IMG/VR virus record: IMGVR_UViG_3300037067_007163
Span: 7,496 to 71,495 of that record
Source: a virus
Taxonomy: Duplodnaviria; Caudoviricetes
Strand: one strand, 5' to 3'
Length of the DNA stretch: 64,000 nt
Positions 18,607 through 27,578 of this stretch are shown here, one piece after another; position 1 is the first letter of the stretch; the number at the start of each line of letters is the position of its first letter. The notes below the pieces were generated by a model that saw only the letters and a program-made list of their open reading frames with translations, did not search any database and had not been told where the DNA came from. The position numbers were made by a program, and so were the translations under genes.

Positions 18607-19940
18607 TGCGAATTGCTCCTGCAACAACCTCTGCCATAATCGAGATAGGCCTGCTGGACAGCAGCGGGTACGAGTTTACCGGGCTGACTTACAACACTGC
18701 CGGCCTTGTCTGCCATTACATTCGGGCAGGTGAGACGGCTTGGACGGAAATCACGCTGGCCGACATGACGTTGGGTGTATGGGCGAGCGGTGGATTCGTC
18801 GAAATCGATAACGGGCTATATCAGTTTGGAGTGCCGGATGCCGTTCTCGCAGCCGGGGCCGACCGAGCAATTATTCGCGTGGCCGGGCCAGCAACACTCC
18901 GGGAAGCACACTATCTAATTGAACTTGAGCTAGCCCCTATTGCTGCCCTTGCAGCCTACAACACGACTGGCGTTGCAAAGGAGGCAAGCGTAGGGGCGAT
19001 TGCAACTATACTTGCAGGCATCAACTCGTTAGCCAAGTGGCTTGGTTTACTTGCCGGAAAGACTGAAGACGCCGCAACACTTGCAGAAGTCAATGCGACT
19101 ACGGCAGGAGCGACATTCAGCAATACAACAGATAGCCTTGAAGCCATTCGAGATAGAGGCGATGTGGCATGGACAACTGGGAATACGACGGCTCCACTAG
19201 ATGCCCAGGGTACTCGTGATGCCATGAAGTTGGCCCCAACGGCAGGCGATCCAGCTGCGGGAAGTGTAGATAAGCACCTGGATGACACAGTTACTCAAAC
19301 AACAGCTTCGGCTATCCGTGGCGATTTGGGCATGGCTTCAGCCAATCTCGATGCGCAATTGCTGCCATTGGCTTCTATATCGTTAGGTACAGGAGCACGA
19401 ACTGTTACAATTACTGTGACAGATGGTACTGATGCACTAGAAGGTGCTCGTGTGCGCGTAACTAGCGGATCAACTAGTCAAGTAGGTGATACTAATGTCT
19501 CTGGTGTTATTGTGTTTGGAATAGATGATGCAACATGGTCTGTAACAATCACAAAGTCTGGTTATTCATTTACACCAACCACGTTAGTAGTTGCTGCTGA
19601 TACTTCTCATACCTATGCTATGACAGAAGCTACTATTCCTGCTAGTGATCCAGATTTCGTGACAGGTTATCTCTACTGCTATGATGAAAATGGGGAAGTG
19701 GAGGAAGATGTTATAGTACAAATGAAGATTGTTTCCCTATCTGGAAGTGGTAGTGGCTATGATACAGCAACCAGATCTGAAACTAGTGATGCAACAGGGT
19801 TAGTTACCTTTACAAATCTTGTACCTGGTGCTCTGTATTCTATTCGTAGAGGCACAGAAACTGATTGGGTTGATATAACAATCTCAGCAGCAGCAACGGA
19901 TCCATACGAAATAGATAACCTGTTTGGAGAAGATAGTTGA
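18606..19940 (+). CDS. Putative virion structural protein with C-terminal Ig/carboxypeptidase-regulatory-like domains
   Basis: Ala/Thr-rich; VTITVTDGTDALEGARV...T..SG...F; WSVTITKSGY. Confidence 0.55.
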   Translation: MRIAPATTSAIIEIGLLDSSGYEFTGLTYNTAGLVCHYIRAGETAWTEITLADMTLGVWASGGFVEIDNGLYQFGVPDAVLAAGADRAIIRVAGPATLREAHYLIELELAPIAALAAYNTTGVAKEASVGAIATILAGINSLAKWLGLLAGKTEDAATLAEVNATTAGATFSNTTDSLEAIRDRGDVAWTTGNTTAPLDAQGTRDAMKLAPTAGDPAAGSVDKHLDDTVTQTTASAIRGDLGMASANLDAQLLPLASISLGTGARTVTITVTDGTDALEGARVRVTSGSTSQVGDTNVSGVIVFGIDDATWSVTITKSGYSFTPTTLVVAADTSHTYAMTEATIPASDPDFVTGYLYCYDENGEVEEDVIVQMKIVSLSGSGSGYDTATRSETSDATGLVTFTNLVPGALYSIRRGTETDWVDITISAAATDPYEIDNLFGEDS

Positions 19941-20404
19941 AGGTAGAAAACCTAGAACGATTGAAAGAAAAACTAAGGCAAAAGATAGCTGAGAAGTTGG
20001 TATCACCAAATGCAACAGCAGGAGAAAGTGTAGTCGTTGGCTACACAGCAGCCTACGCAGTTTATGTACATGAAAACTTAGAAGTAAAACATGGCTCAGA
20101 TTACAATGCCTGGCATGGTGAAGAAATTTCAGCTGGAAAAACAAAGAGTGGTAAGACAAAGAAAGGTTGGAAAGGTAAGACCAGTCGTGGTCCCAATCAA
20201 CAGGCAAAGTTTTTAGAGCAGCCTGCAAGACAGTTAAACAATAGTGGTGAACTGACCAATGACATCAACCAAGCAGTAGCTGCTGGTGCAAAACTACAAG
20301 ATGCTCTTCTCGTAGGAGCAGTGCGGATACAGCGTGAGAGTCAATTGATAGTTCCAGTTGACACAGGAAATCTTCTAGGTTCTGCCTTTACAGCCAAAGA
20401 ATAA
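19937..20404 (+). CDS. HK97 gp10-like neck/tail-completion protein
   Basis: VVVGYTAAYAVYVHE, QAKFLEQP, VPVDTGNL. Confidence 0.8.
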   Translation: MKVENLERLKEKLRQKIAEKLVSPNATAGESVVVGYTAAYAVYVHENLEVKHGSDYNAWHGEEISAGKTKSGKTKKGWKGKTSRGPNQQAKFLEQPARQLNNSGELTNDINQAVAAGAKLQDALLVGAVRIQRESQLIVPVDTGNLLGSAFTAKE

Positions 20405-20853
20405 TGAGCGGAATACTAACCCATTCACCTGCTGAAGTATTGAGATACCTACTGATTCAGTTAGGTCATGGAGTACTTCCACCTGCATCTAGTGGTTGGC
20501 CCATTTCCGTTAGCAGTGAACAAGACTTACCTGACCAGGTAATCACAATCTATGACACTGCTGGCAGGTACGACGGCCGTAGTATGCAGACTGGACAGAA
20601 GTGGGAATTCTACGGTGTGCAAATACGGGTTCGAGGTCTAAACCACTCTGACTGTCAATTAAAGGCAAGACAGATTGCAGTAGCATTGGATGAGTCTATA
20701 AGAAACAATGTGGTCACAATTAGCACAACACAGTATGGTGTTTATTCCACGTCAAGGACGAGTGGACCAATGAGTATTGGGAAGGAACCTAACACAAATC
20801 GTGTATTGTTCACTATCAACGCCGTGGTAGCCCTGCGGCAGATTACTACTTGA
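20404..20853 (+). CDS. Tail terminator (minor capsid protein family)
   Basis: PDQVITIYDT...VQIRVRG motif; synteny. Confidence 0.75.
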   Translation: MSGILTHSPAEVLRYLLIQLGHGVLPPASSGWPISVSSEQDLPDQVITIYDTAGRYDGRSMQTGQKWEFYGVQIRVRGLNHSDCQLKARQIAVALDESIRNNVVTISTTQYGVYSTSRTSGPMSIGKEPNTNRVLFTINAVVALRQITT

Positions 20854-20866
20854 AGGAGAAATTGAA

Positions 20867-21316
20867 ATGGCTGACTTGGTAAAAGCAATGCGAGATGGTT
20901 ATCGGACCACGATTGACTTCACAGGAGCTGGCACGGTATTCGAAGAAATCAGTGTGCAACCGCCTGGATTAGACGTTGGTACTCCTATTGATACCACAAC
21001 GATGCGTCGTACAAAGTATCGTGGCAAAGCACCCCGCAAATTGTTGGACGCCCCTGATGGTGATCTAACGGTTGCTTATGACCCCACAGCATACACCACG
21101 TTTGCAACTCTGTTGGGCAACAACCAATTGATCACGGTTACTTGGCCTGATGGTGGTACTCGTGCATTTTGGGGGTATGCCGGATCTTTTATTCCCGATG
21201 CCCTTGAAGAGGGAAAACGTCCGACGGCAAAAATCAGAATTGTTGAAACCGATACCAATGCTAGCGGTGTTGAGACCGATCCGGTCGAAACTGCTGCGAC
21301 CGGCACTGGTTGGTAA
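20867..21316 (+). CDS. Major tail tube protein
   Basis: IDTTTM, LTVAYDP, ITVTWPDG...FWGY; AAGGAG SD. Confidence 0.8.
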   Translation: MADLVKAMRDGYRTTIDFTGAGTVFEEISVQPPGLDVGTPIDTTTMRRTKYRGKAPRKLLDAPDGDLTVAYDPTAYTTFATLLGNNQLITVTWPDGGTRAFWGYAGSFIPDALEEGKRPTAKIRIVETDTNASGVETDPVETAATGTGW

Positions 21317-21335
21317 CTTAGACCTCCTAGCATCT

Positions 21336-21398
21336 GATTCTAGGGGCCTAGCGTCCGTTTCTAGGGGTTCTTAGGTACTGGGGTAATAATCTACCTTT
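21336..21398. repeat. Intergenic bipartite element, copy 1
   Basis: GATTCTAGGGGCCT and GGGGTAATAATCTACCTTT; second copy at 43960-44023. Confidence 0.7.
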
Positions 21399-21454
21399 AA
21401 TACTATCGGACCCTTAGAAACGGGCAAAGAAGTCATAAAATAGAAGAAATCACG

Positions 21455-21793
21455 TTAAACCAGGGATGTGGTATATGGATTGGGACAAGGTAGATGGGTT
21501 CTAATGCGTTCTCCGTTGATTGGAGAAATGTAAATTATTTTGTTTGACGGTAACACCAATGCGGTCCAAGTATCATGTCCAACTGGAAATTGTCGTTTAA
21601 TACGGTAGTAATCACTACAAAGGGAAATTGCTGCTCTTGCACAAAACAATTTAACTATGATTCCACATTGAAATGCCAATAAATGAGGAATGCGAGCATT
21701 CGGTTGATTTGTAGGGGTAAAACAAGTCCACCCATCCAAATTTAGATGTCTTGACACTTTTCTAATAACTAAAGATTGAGTTGAACTAAACAT
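21455..21793 (-). CDS. Antisense moron-like hypothetical protein
   Basis: AAGGAG SD 7 nt before ATG on the minus strand; inserted between tail tube and chaperone genes. Confidence 0.6.
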   Translation of the reverse strand: MFSSTQSLVIRKVSRHLNLDGWTCFTPTNQPNARIPHLLAFQCGIIVKLFCARAAISLCSDYYRIKRQFPVGHDTWTALVLPSNKIIYISPINGERIRTHLPCPNPYTTSLV

Positions 21794-21909
21794 AATACTA
21801 CTCCTTGTTGTAGTTCTTGAAAAGAAATGCAGCAGCCGGTCAAGGGTCCGGTTTTCGGGTGTACTGCCCTAGCTGCAATTTAATTATACCCTAACTTAGG
21901 AGCGAAACA

Positions 21910-22338
21910 ATGGAAGAAGAACTGGTCTTTGAAAGCCTTGATTGCATCGAAATACCTGTCACAGTAGGCAATCAAAAGTACATATTGCGAGAAGCCAATG
22001 GTGACACGGCTGTCAAGTTTCAGAATGCCCGTTTAGCCAAGCATGAGTACAACGAAGAGGGTCGTCTTGTTCGTTTGAAAGACACTGCTGACTTGGAACC
22101 ATTTCTCGTAAGCATGTGTCTATTCAAAGAAGATGACAACACACCCGTAAGCGAAGATACTCTTCGCAATTGGCCTTCTCACATCTCATCAAAGTTGTTT
22201 GATACTGTAAAGAAGATCAGCCACATTGATGAAACGGAAGATCTCGAATCCTTAGAGAAACAACTCATTCAACTTCAAAAACGAATTGAGCAGTTGCGGA
22301 AGAAGGAGACCCCCTTAAAAAACTTGTCAGCCGGTTAG
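21910..22338 (+). CDS. Tail assembly chaperone (G)
   Basis: Position between tail tube and tape measure; slippery site near the 3' end. Confidence 0.8.
   Translation: MEEELVFESLDCIEIPVTVGNQKYILREANGDTAVKFQNARLAKHEYNEEGRLVRLKDTADLEPFLVSMCLFKEDDNTPVSEDTLRNWPSHISSKLFDTVKKISHIDETEDLESLEKQLIQLQKRIEQLRKKETPLKNLSAG
22317..22323 (+). other. -1 programmed frameshift slippery heptamer A AAA AAC
   Basis: In X XXY YYZ register of the G ORF; the -1 frame is open through 22661. Confidence 0.8.
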
Positions 22339-22661
22339 ATGGTTGGTTCGTATTAGCAAGCCATCGACACTGGCAAGGTACTATCAGTGACCTGCAAAAG
22401 CAAACTAGCAATCGTGAGTACTTGGCATGGATGGAATGGCTGGATCGACAATGGAATGAGCCAAGTAGAACTGACTTCTATCTAATGCAAATTGCGCACG
22501 ATGTGGAGCGTGCAAATGTTGGCAATGGAAAAGTCAGTGACAAGAGAATCAAGCTGGTCAAGAAAGCAGAAGAGAAAGAAGTGAAGCCTAAGAATCGCAA
22601 GGAAGCAGGGGAACTGGCAAGAGCACGTTGGTCTACTCTTGGAGTAGGAAAGAAGAAATAG
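22320..22661 (+). CDS. Tail assembly chaperone GT extension (-1 frame)
   Basis: LVSRLDGWFVLASHRHWQG...AWMEWLDRQW...; continuous with track ORF 22422-22661. Confidence 0.75.
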   Translation, partial: KLVSRLDGWFVLASHRHWQGTISDLQKQTSNREYLAWMEWLDRQWNEPSRTDFYLMQIAHDVERANVGNGKVSDKRIKLVKKAEEKEVKPKNRKEAGELARARWSTLGVGKKK

Positions 22662-22662
22662 C

Positions 22663-24516
22663 ATGTCTGAAGAAGTAGAACTCGAACGCCTTGTGGTGCG
22701 CCTAATGGGCGATGGCTCAGACTATTCCTCCATGATGAACAATGCACAGCAGCAGGCAGAGGCATTCCACCAGCAATCCCAACGGGATGCTGATCAGATG
22801 GCCAAGTCTGTGTCCGGAGTTAGTGACGAGATGGCCAATGCTGCTCAGGTAATGGGTTCTTTCGATAGTATCAACCGTGGCACGGGTCGTTCTTTAAGCA
22901 TGTTGGGCAGAACAACCTCTCAGTTCGGATTGGCATTGAGTATGGTTAATCCAGCACTGGGGCAATCAGTATCTATGATGGGCATTTTGTCCAGTACTGG
23001 CGGTCAAGCAACTAGAACCATATTGGGGTTAAACAACATTGTTCGTACATTGGGGGCATCCATCGCAGCCAATCCATTTGGTTGGGCTGCGGGTGGGGCC
23101 ATGTTGGCAGGAGCTGCCGTGGTTGGAGCGGCATATAAAATGGCGTCCAAAGAAATCAGCAATGCTGCTGAGAATAGTGACAAGCTAGAAGACTCGATGA
23201 AGCAGTTACGGGAAGAAGAGGCAAGCAGGGTCAGCAAGGAAATCAGAAAGGAGGAATGGTTGCCAGAAAAAGCGTCCCAATTCGACAAGGCAGAAAGCGA
23301 CGCAAGAAAGAGATACAACAAGGCACTGAACGACGCCAGCATAGCAAAGGCAAAGTTAGAGAACATTCATTGGTACAGTGATATGGGCATGGCCAATCTT
23401 GACAAGCCAATATACAGTCAGCAGCTTAAAGAAGCAAGAGAGGCTGCAGAAAATGCCAAAAGAGAAATGGTTAGCTATCAAGAAGAAGCAGAGAAAGCCC
23501 GAGAAGCGTACAAAGAATTTATCAATGAGCAGTCCCGAAACAGGCTTAAAGGAATGATTGGAGAGCTGAATAACCTAGAGAGCAATCTAGCCAGCCTTGT
23601 CTTGACCCCAAAGGCGGCTGCGTGGGAAAAGTTTTCCGATGATTTTCAGCTAGCATTGAAGCCAAACCCGACGATTGAGAAAGGTTGGAATGAACTCTGG
23701 GACCAAGTGGCAGAAGCGAAAGTAGATAAAGTTGTACAGGATATGTCTGATTCAATGGTTGATCTGCAAAGCAAAAGCGAAGAACTGCTAGACCCGTTAA
23801 ATTCCCAGTTGAGGATAACCAATGCAGTAGCAAAAGCAGCACGTGATTATGCTAAAGCACACAATGATATTGAAGAAAACATCCCGAAAGCTATCCTAGG
23901 AACACAACAATTAGTTGCACACCAACAAGAATACAATCGAATGATTCAAGAGGGGGCTTCTTACATAGAGAAGTTTAAGGAACCCTTGGACAGGATGATT
24001 GATAGTCAAAAGAAGCTTGGTCAGATACAAGATGCGGGAGGATTTGGTAAAGGGGTAAAAGGAATCAAAATCTATGATGCCTATGCTCAAGCCCATAAAG
24101 ACTATACTGTTCAGTTCAAGAGCAGTGGGTTGGATGCATTAGTTGTTGGCACTTCGGAGTACGAGAAGTCTTTGCAAAACTTCAAACTGGCGACGACGGC
24201 GATTCCGCGAGAAAGGAAAGAAAAGCAAAAAACTGGATTCGAGATACAGACACCAAAAGAAAAATTAAAGTTTGAGCGAGAGCTGGCAGCAGCACAAGAT
24301 AAACTGACTAGGTTTACATTTACAGGACCTGAATCTAGTGTTAGTACCCAAAAAGAGCGACAAGCAGTTATTGATAAGGGTGACCAATCTGGGGGATTGC
24401 CTTTTGGTAAAGAAATAGCCGATGGGACTAAAGACATGGCACAGTTATTGAGGGAGTTGGTAGATCAAGGAAAAAAGAAATCTAATTCAATTGAAATACC
24501 CCTAGCAAATTTGTAA
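22663..24516 (+). CDS. Tape measure protein
   Basis: ELERLVVRLMGD N-terminus, helical Ala/Glu/Lys-rich, central hydrophobic segment. Confidence 0.85.
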   Translation: MSEEVELERLVVRLMGDGSDYSSMMNNAQQQAEAFHQQSQRDADQMAKSVSGVSDEMANAAQVMGSFDSINRGTGRSLSMLGRTTSQFGLALSMVNPALGQSVSMMGILSSTGGQATRTILGLNNIVRTLGASIAANPFGWAAGGAMLAGAAVVGAAYKMASKEISNAAENSDKLEDSMKQLREEEASRVSKEIRKEEWLPEKASQFDKAESDARKRYNKALNDASIAKAKLENIHWYSDMGMANLDKPIYSQQLKEAREAAENAKREMVSYQEEAEKAREAYKEFINEQSRNRLKGMIGELNNLESNLASLVLTPKAAAWEKFSDDFQLALKPNPTIEKGWNELWDQVAEAKVDKVVQDMSDSMVDLQSKSEELLDPLNSQLRITNAVAKAARDYAKAHNDIEENIPKAILGTQQLVAHQQEYNRMIQEGASYIEKFKEPLDRMIDSQKKLGQIQDAGGFGKGVKGIKIYDAYAQAHKDYTVQFKSSGLDALVVGTSEYEKSLQNFKLATTAIPRERKEKQKTGFEIQTPKEKLKFERELAAAQDKLTRFTFTGPESSVSTQKERQAVIDKGDQSGGLPFGKEIADGTKDMAQLLRELVDQGKKKSNSIEIPLANL

Positions 24517-24518
24517 TC

Positions 24519-25580
24519 ATGGCAGAAGTACTTGGCGGACCCGTAACGTGGAATTGTAGTCGTGACGATGAGGGATTTCGCACCTATAAAGTGACTTGGA
24601 GAGTAAAAGCTGAAGTAACAGAGAGTCCTGTTGCTGTCATGTTAGCCTCTGGTTTACCCAGTATTGGTACAGCATTGTACATTATTGGGTTTACCGGAAT
24701 TGACTATGGCGTATGGTGTAGACCAGAAATGTCAGTTCGTATTGATCAAGAAAAAACAGGAGACCCAGCACAGTACTACTTAGTGGAGTGCACCTATTCC
24801 AACAACTGGAAGAGTGGCAAAAGCCAGCGATGTCAAAACACTTCGATTGATGATCCACTATTGGAACCCATGAAAATCAGTGGCAGCTTTAGTAAGGGGC
24901 AATATCTTGCCAGGTATGACAAGGATAAATTGCGTCTGGTTACTTCTGCGAATGAGACCCTGTATGGTCCTGACTGCACATTCGATTATGCTAAACCCAC
25001 TGTTCACATTGAGCAAAATGTGGGGTCTCTAGGACTAAGTACATTCGCTGGCATGGTCAACACTGTGAATGACAGACCTTTGTGGGGAGTACCAACTCGT
25101 TGTGTCAAGCTAGTTCATGCTTCCTGGGATAGGAAGGTATATGGACAATGCAATTTCTTCTACACACGAGCATTTGAATTTGAAATTGACTGTTACAACA
25201 AAGATACGAACGGCAACCTCATCGGATTTGATAAAGAAATTTCCGACAGTGGAGAAAAAATGCTAAGAGGGGAATGGCAGACACATGAAAAGCTGGCAAA
25301 TGGATCACCGAACCCTGACTATGGTGCATATAAGATTCTTTGCTCAACGAAAGCCACCACTTCTAGCAACCTGAGTACGATAAGCGAAGGCGATTTAGTG
25401 AGAGTCAAGGATATGAATGGTGAGTATTCCAGAATGCTATTAGATGGCAAAGGGCGACCTGCAAATGCTAGACTAATCGACGCAGGTGGAGACAGCGTTG
25501 CAGGTCCGAATGCCACTAAAGTTCTACAATACTACCAAGAAAGTAATTTTTTAATGCTCGGGATACCTGTATCGTTTTAA
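24519..25580 (+). CDS. Putative distal tail/baseplate-proximal protein
   Basis: First gene after the tape measure; beta-rich. Confidence 0.5.
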   Translation: MAEVLGGPVTWNCSRDDEGFRTYKVTWRVKAEVTESPVAVMLASGLPSIGTALYIIGFTGIDYGVWCRPEMSVRIDQEKTGDPAQYYLVECTYSNNWKSGKSQRCQNTSIDDPLLEPMKISGSFSKGQYLARYDKDKLRLVTSANETLYGPDCTFDYAKPTVHIEQNVGSLGLSTFAGMVNTVNDRPLWGVPTRCVKLVHASWDRKVYGQCNFFYTRAFEFEIDCYNKDTNGNLIGFDKEISDSGEKMLRGEWQTHEKLANGSPNPDYGAYKILCSTKATTSSNLSTISEGDLVRVKDMNGEYSRMLLDGKGRPANARLIDAGGDSVAGPNATKVLQYYQESNFLMLGIPVSF

Positions 25581-25615
25581 CTGTAGAGATGGTTACTGGA
25601 TTCTAGGAGAATACC

Positions 25616-26062
25616 ATGAGTGGTGAAGCACAAATGCAAGTAAGCTTGCAAATCACTAAAGATGACACTGCTGGAATTTTGAACTATCGTAGTTATCCAA
25701 CCCAATTTACTGCTGATGTCAGTGGGGCATTGGGACCTACACCAGGGGCATTTATTGCTTCTATCACAGGTACTGATGTAGATCTTACTCAGCTAACGGT
25801 GCCTGGACTATGCAAGATTACCAATCAAGACGATACTAACTATGTTACTTACGGAATTCACGAAGAATCAACAAACCAGTTTTACCCTCTTGGTGAAGTA
25901 TTAGCTGGTGAATTTTACATCATTCGTCTCAGTCGTTGGTTAGGACTTGAGTGGGCTGAACCAGGAACTGGCACAGGCACTGCATTAGGCAGCAACAATA
26001 AATTGATGATTAGAGCTAGTGTAGCACCTGTAGTTGTACTGGTAGAAGCATTTGAAGCATAA
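25616..26062 (+). CDS. Hypothetical tail-region protein
   Basis: AGGAG SD; synteny. Confidence 0.55.
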   Translation: MSGEAQMQVSLQITKDDTAGILNYRSYPTQFTADVSGALGPTPGAFIASITGTDVDLTQLTVPGLCKITNQDDTNYVTYGIHEESTNQFYPLGEVLAGEFYIIRLSRWLGLEWAEPGTGTGTALGSNNKLMIRASVAPVVVLVEAFEA

Positions 26063-26107
26063 TCAGTAAACTGCTTATTCTAACTGACTATTCTATAGGA
26101 GCGAACC

Positions 26108-26623
26108 ATGACTTCCGACGAATCTATTCAGACCATTTCAAATGAAGAGCAATCTGACAATCCCACTTTTTTGAAAGTTTTGGAAAACCTTGCTTCGCAA
26201 GATTCATTGAAAAGCCGACTCTCTGTCGTTGAAATGGTTTACCATCAGCCCTTTGGTGGCCCGCCGACGACGGCACTTTCAGATGGCATTAGATTCACTA
26301 GAGAATTAGAATCTAACGAGCAGCCCTACGAACGACATAAAGTTGCGAAGGAGGAATGGCAGCAGTTGGATTGTGGTTGGATTGAACAATGCGGCATGCT
26401 GCTAATCAAAAACGATGAGGGGCAATTTTTCGTAAACCCAACCAAGGAAGATCGCACTACTGTCTCAGAGAAGGTCATTGATGTGACTTATGATGCTCTA
26501 AATCCACATTACTATATTTTGCCAGGCGAATCCATGCGAGTTTGCCCAGTCAATGCTGGTGATCTACGCATCCGATGTCGCAAAGGAACTGCGAAATATA
26601 CTATCTACATGGTGCCAAGCTAA
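26108..26623 (+). CDS. Hypothetical tail-region protein
   Basis: AGGAG SD; synteny. Confidence 0.55.
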   Translation: MTSDESIQTISNEEQSDNPTFLKVLENLASQDSLKSRLSVVEMVYHQPFGGPPTTALSDGIRFTRELESNEQPYERHKVAKEEWQQLDCGWIEQCGMLLIKNDEGQFFVNPTKEDRTTVSEKVIDVTYDALNPHYYILPGESMRVCPVNAGDLRIRCRKGTAKYTIYMVPS

Positions 26624-26672
26624 GTTTCTACCCAATCCGAAGCAAACTATCTACGTTTTTCTAGGGTCGATT

Positions 26673-27569
26673 ATGGCTGAAGGATACCTACTTTCAGAAG
26701 AAGATCGTAACAAACTTAAGAAGTTATTAAGTGAATCTAATACAACCTGGATTCACAACGATCCTTTAGGGAGTATGCAGAATACACCAGAAGTCTACAT
26801 TGCAAAGGTTCAACCGGACGGTACAACATCAAAAACTATTCCAGCACTTAAGATAGTTGACAATGAGTGGGATCACCCTGGCTGCGCTCCTTGCGATATT
26901 TATCAAATTACTACCAGCACAACATCAGAAGATTGGGACATTGTCCCTATCAGTGGTCGAACAATTCCAGTCTACAATCTTACTGCATCAGATATCCAGA
27001 ATGATTGGTTTCTTGTAATCCGGGATAAGTCGGGTAGGTGGATTGCTGCTCAAAGTGGTTCTTCTCTCACCCCTGGATTTCTCTATGACGACGCTGTGCC
27101 TGATGCCACTGGGATCAATATGCACCCAGCTAAAATTGAAAGTGGCTCTTGGGTAGCAGATACAGATGCTGACAAGATTTTAGTTGATAACACACATCCA
27201 GGTACGTTTCGTGGCTATGGATCAAACCATTCTGGATTTTCTGCTACAACTGCGGCAAAAGTATGGGTCACACCAGGTCCTGGAGGCAATCCTGTCATTG
27301 TTTGTGGTAAAGGTCTTGCCAAACGGTGTAAGTGCCAACTGACAGCCACCTTGACTGCCACAACTGCAAGCTGCACGGTAGACAACGTGACAGCCACTGA
27401 TAGCGGACAATCGCCAACAGCGAGTAGCAGCACCACCATGACCGTATACATACAACTGAACCCAAGCAGTAGCGGCGGGTATGCAGGTGCAGACAATACC
27501 GTTTGCTACATCGAGTGGCACGAAGATGATGACAAGTGGTACATCTACGATATGCCGTGTTCGGCTTAG
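26673..27569 (+). CDS. Hypothetical tail protein
   Basis: Likely start ATG 26673 (MAEGYLL); Thr/Ser-rich C-terminus. Confidence 0.55.
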   Translation: MAEGYLLSEEDRNKLKKLLSESNTTWIHNDPLGSMQNTPEVYIAKVQPDGTTSKTIPALKIVDNEWDHPGCAPCDIYQITTSTTSEDWDIVPISGRTIPVYNLTASDIQNDWFLVIRDKSGRWIAAQSGSSLTPGFLYDDAVPDATGINMHPAKIESGSWVADTDADKILVDNTHPGTFRGYGSNHSGFSATTAAKVWVTPGPGGNPVIVCGKGLAKRCKCQLTATLTATTASCTVDNVTATDSGQSPTASSSTTMTVYIQLNPSSSGGYAGADNTVCYIEWHEDDDKWYIYDMPCSA

Positions 27570-27578
27570 GCGGAAATT

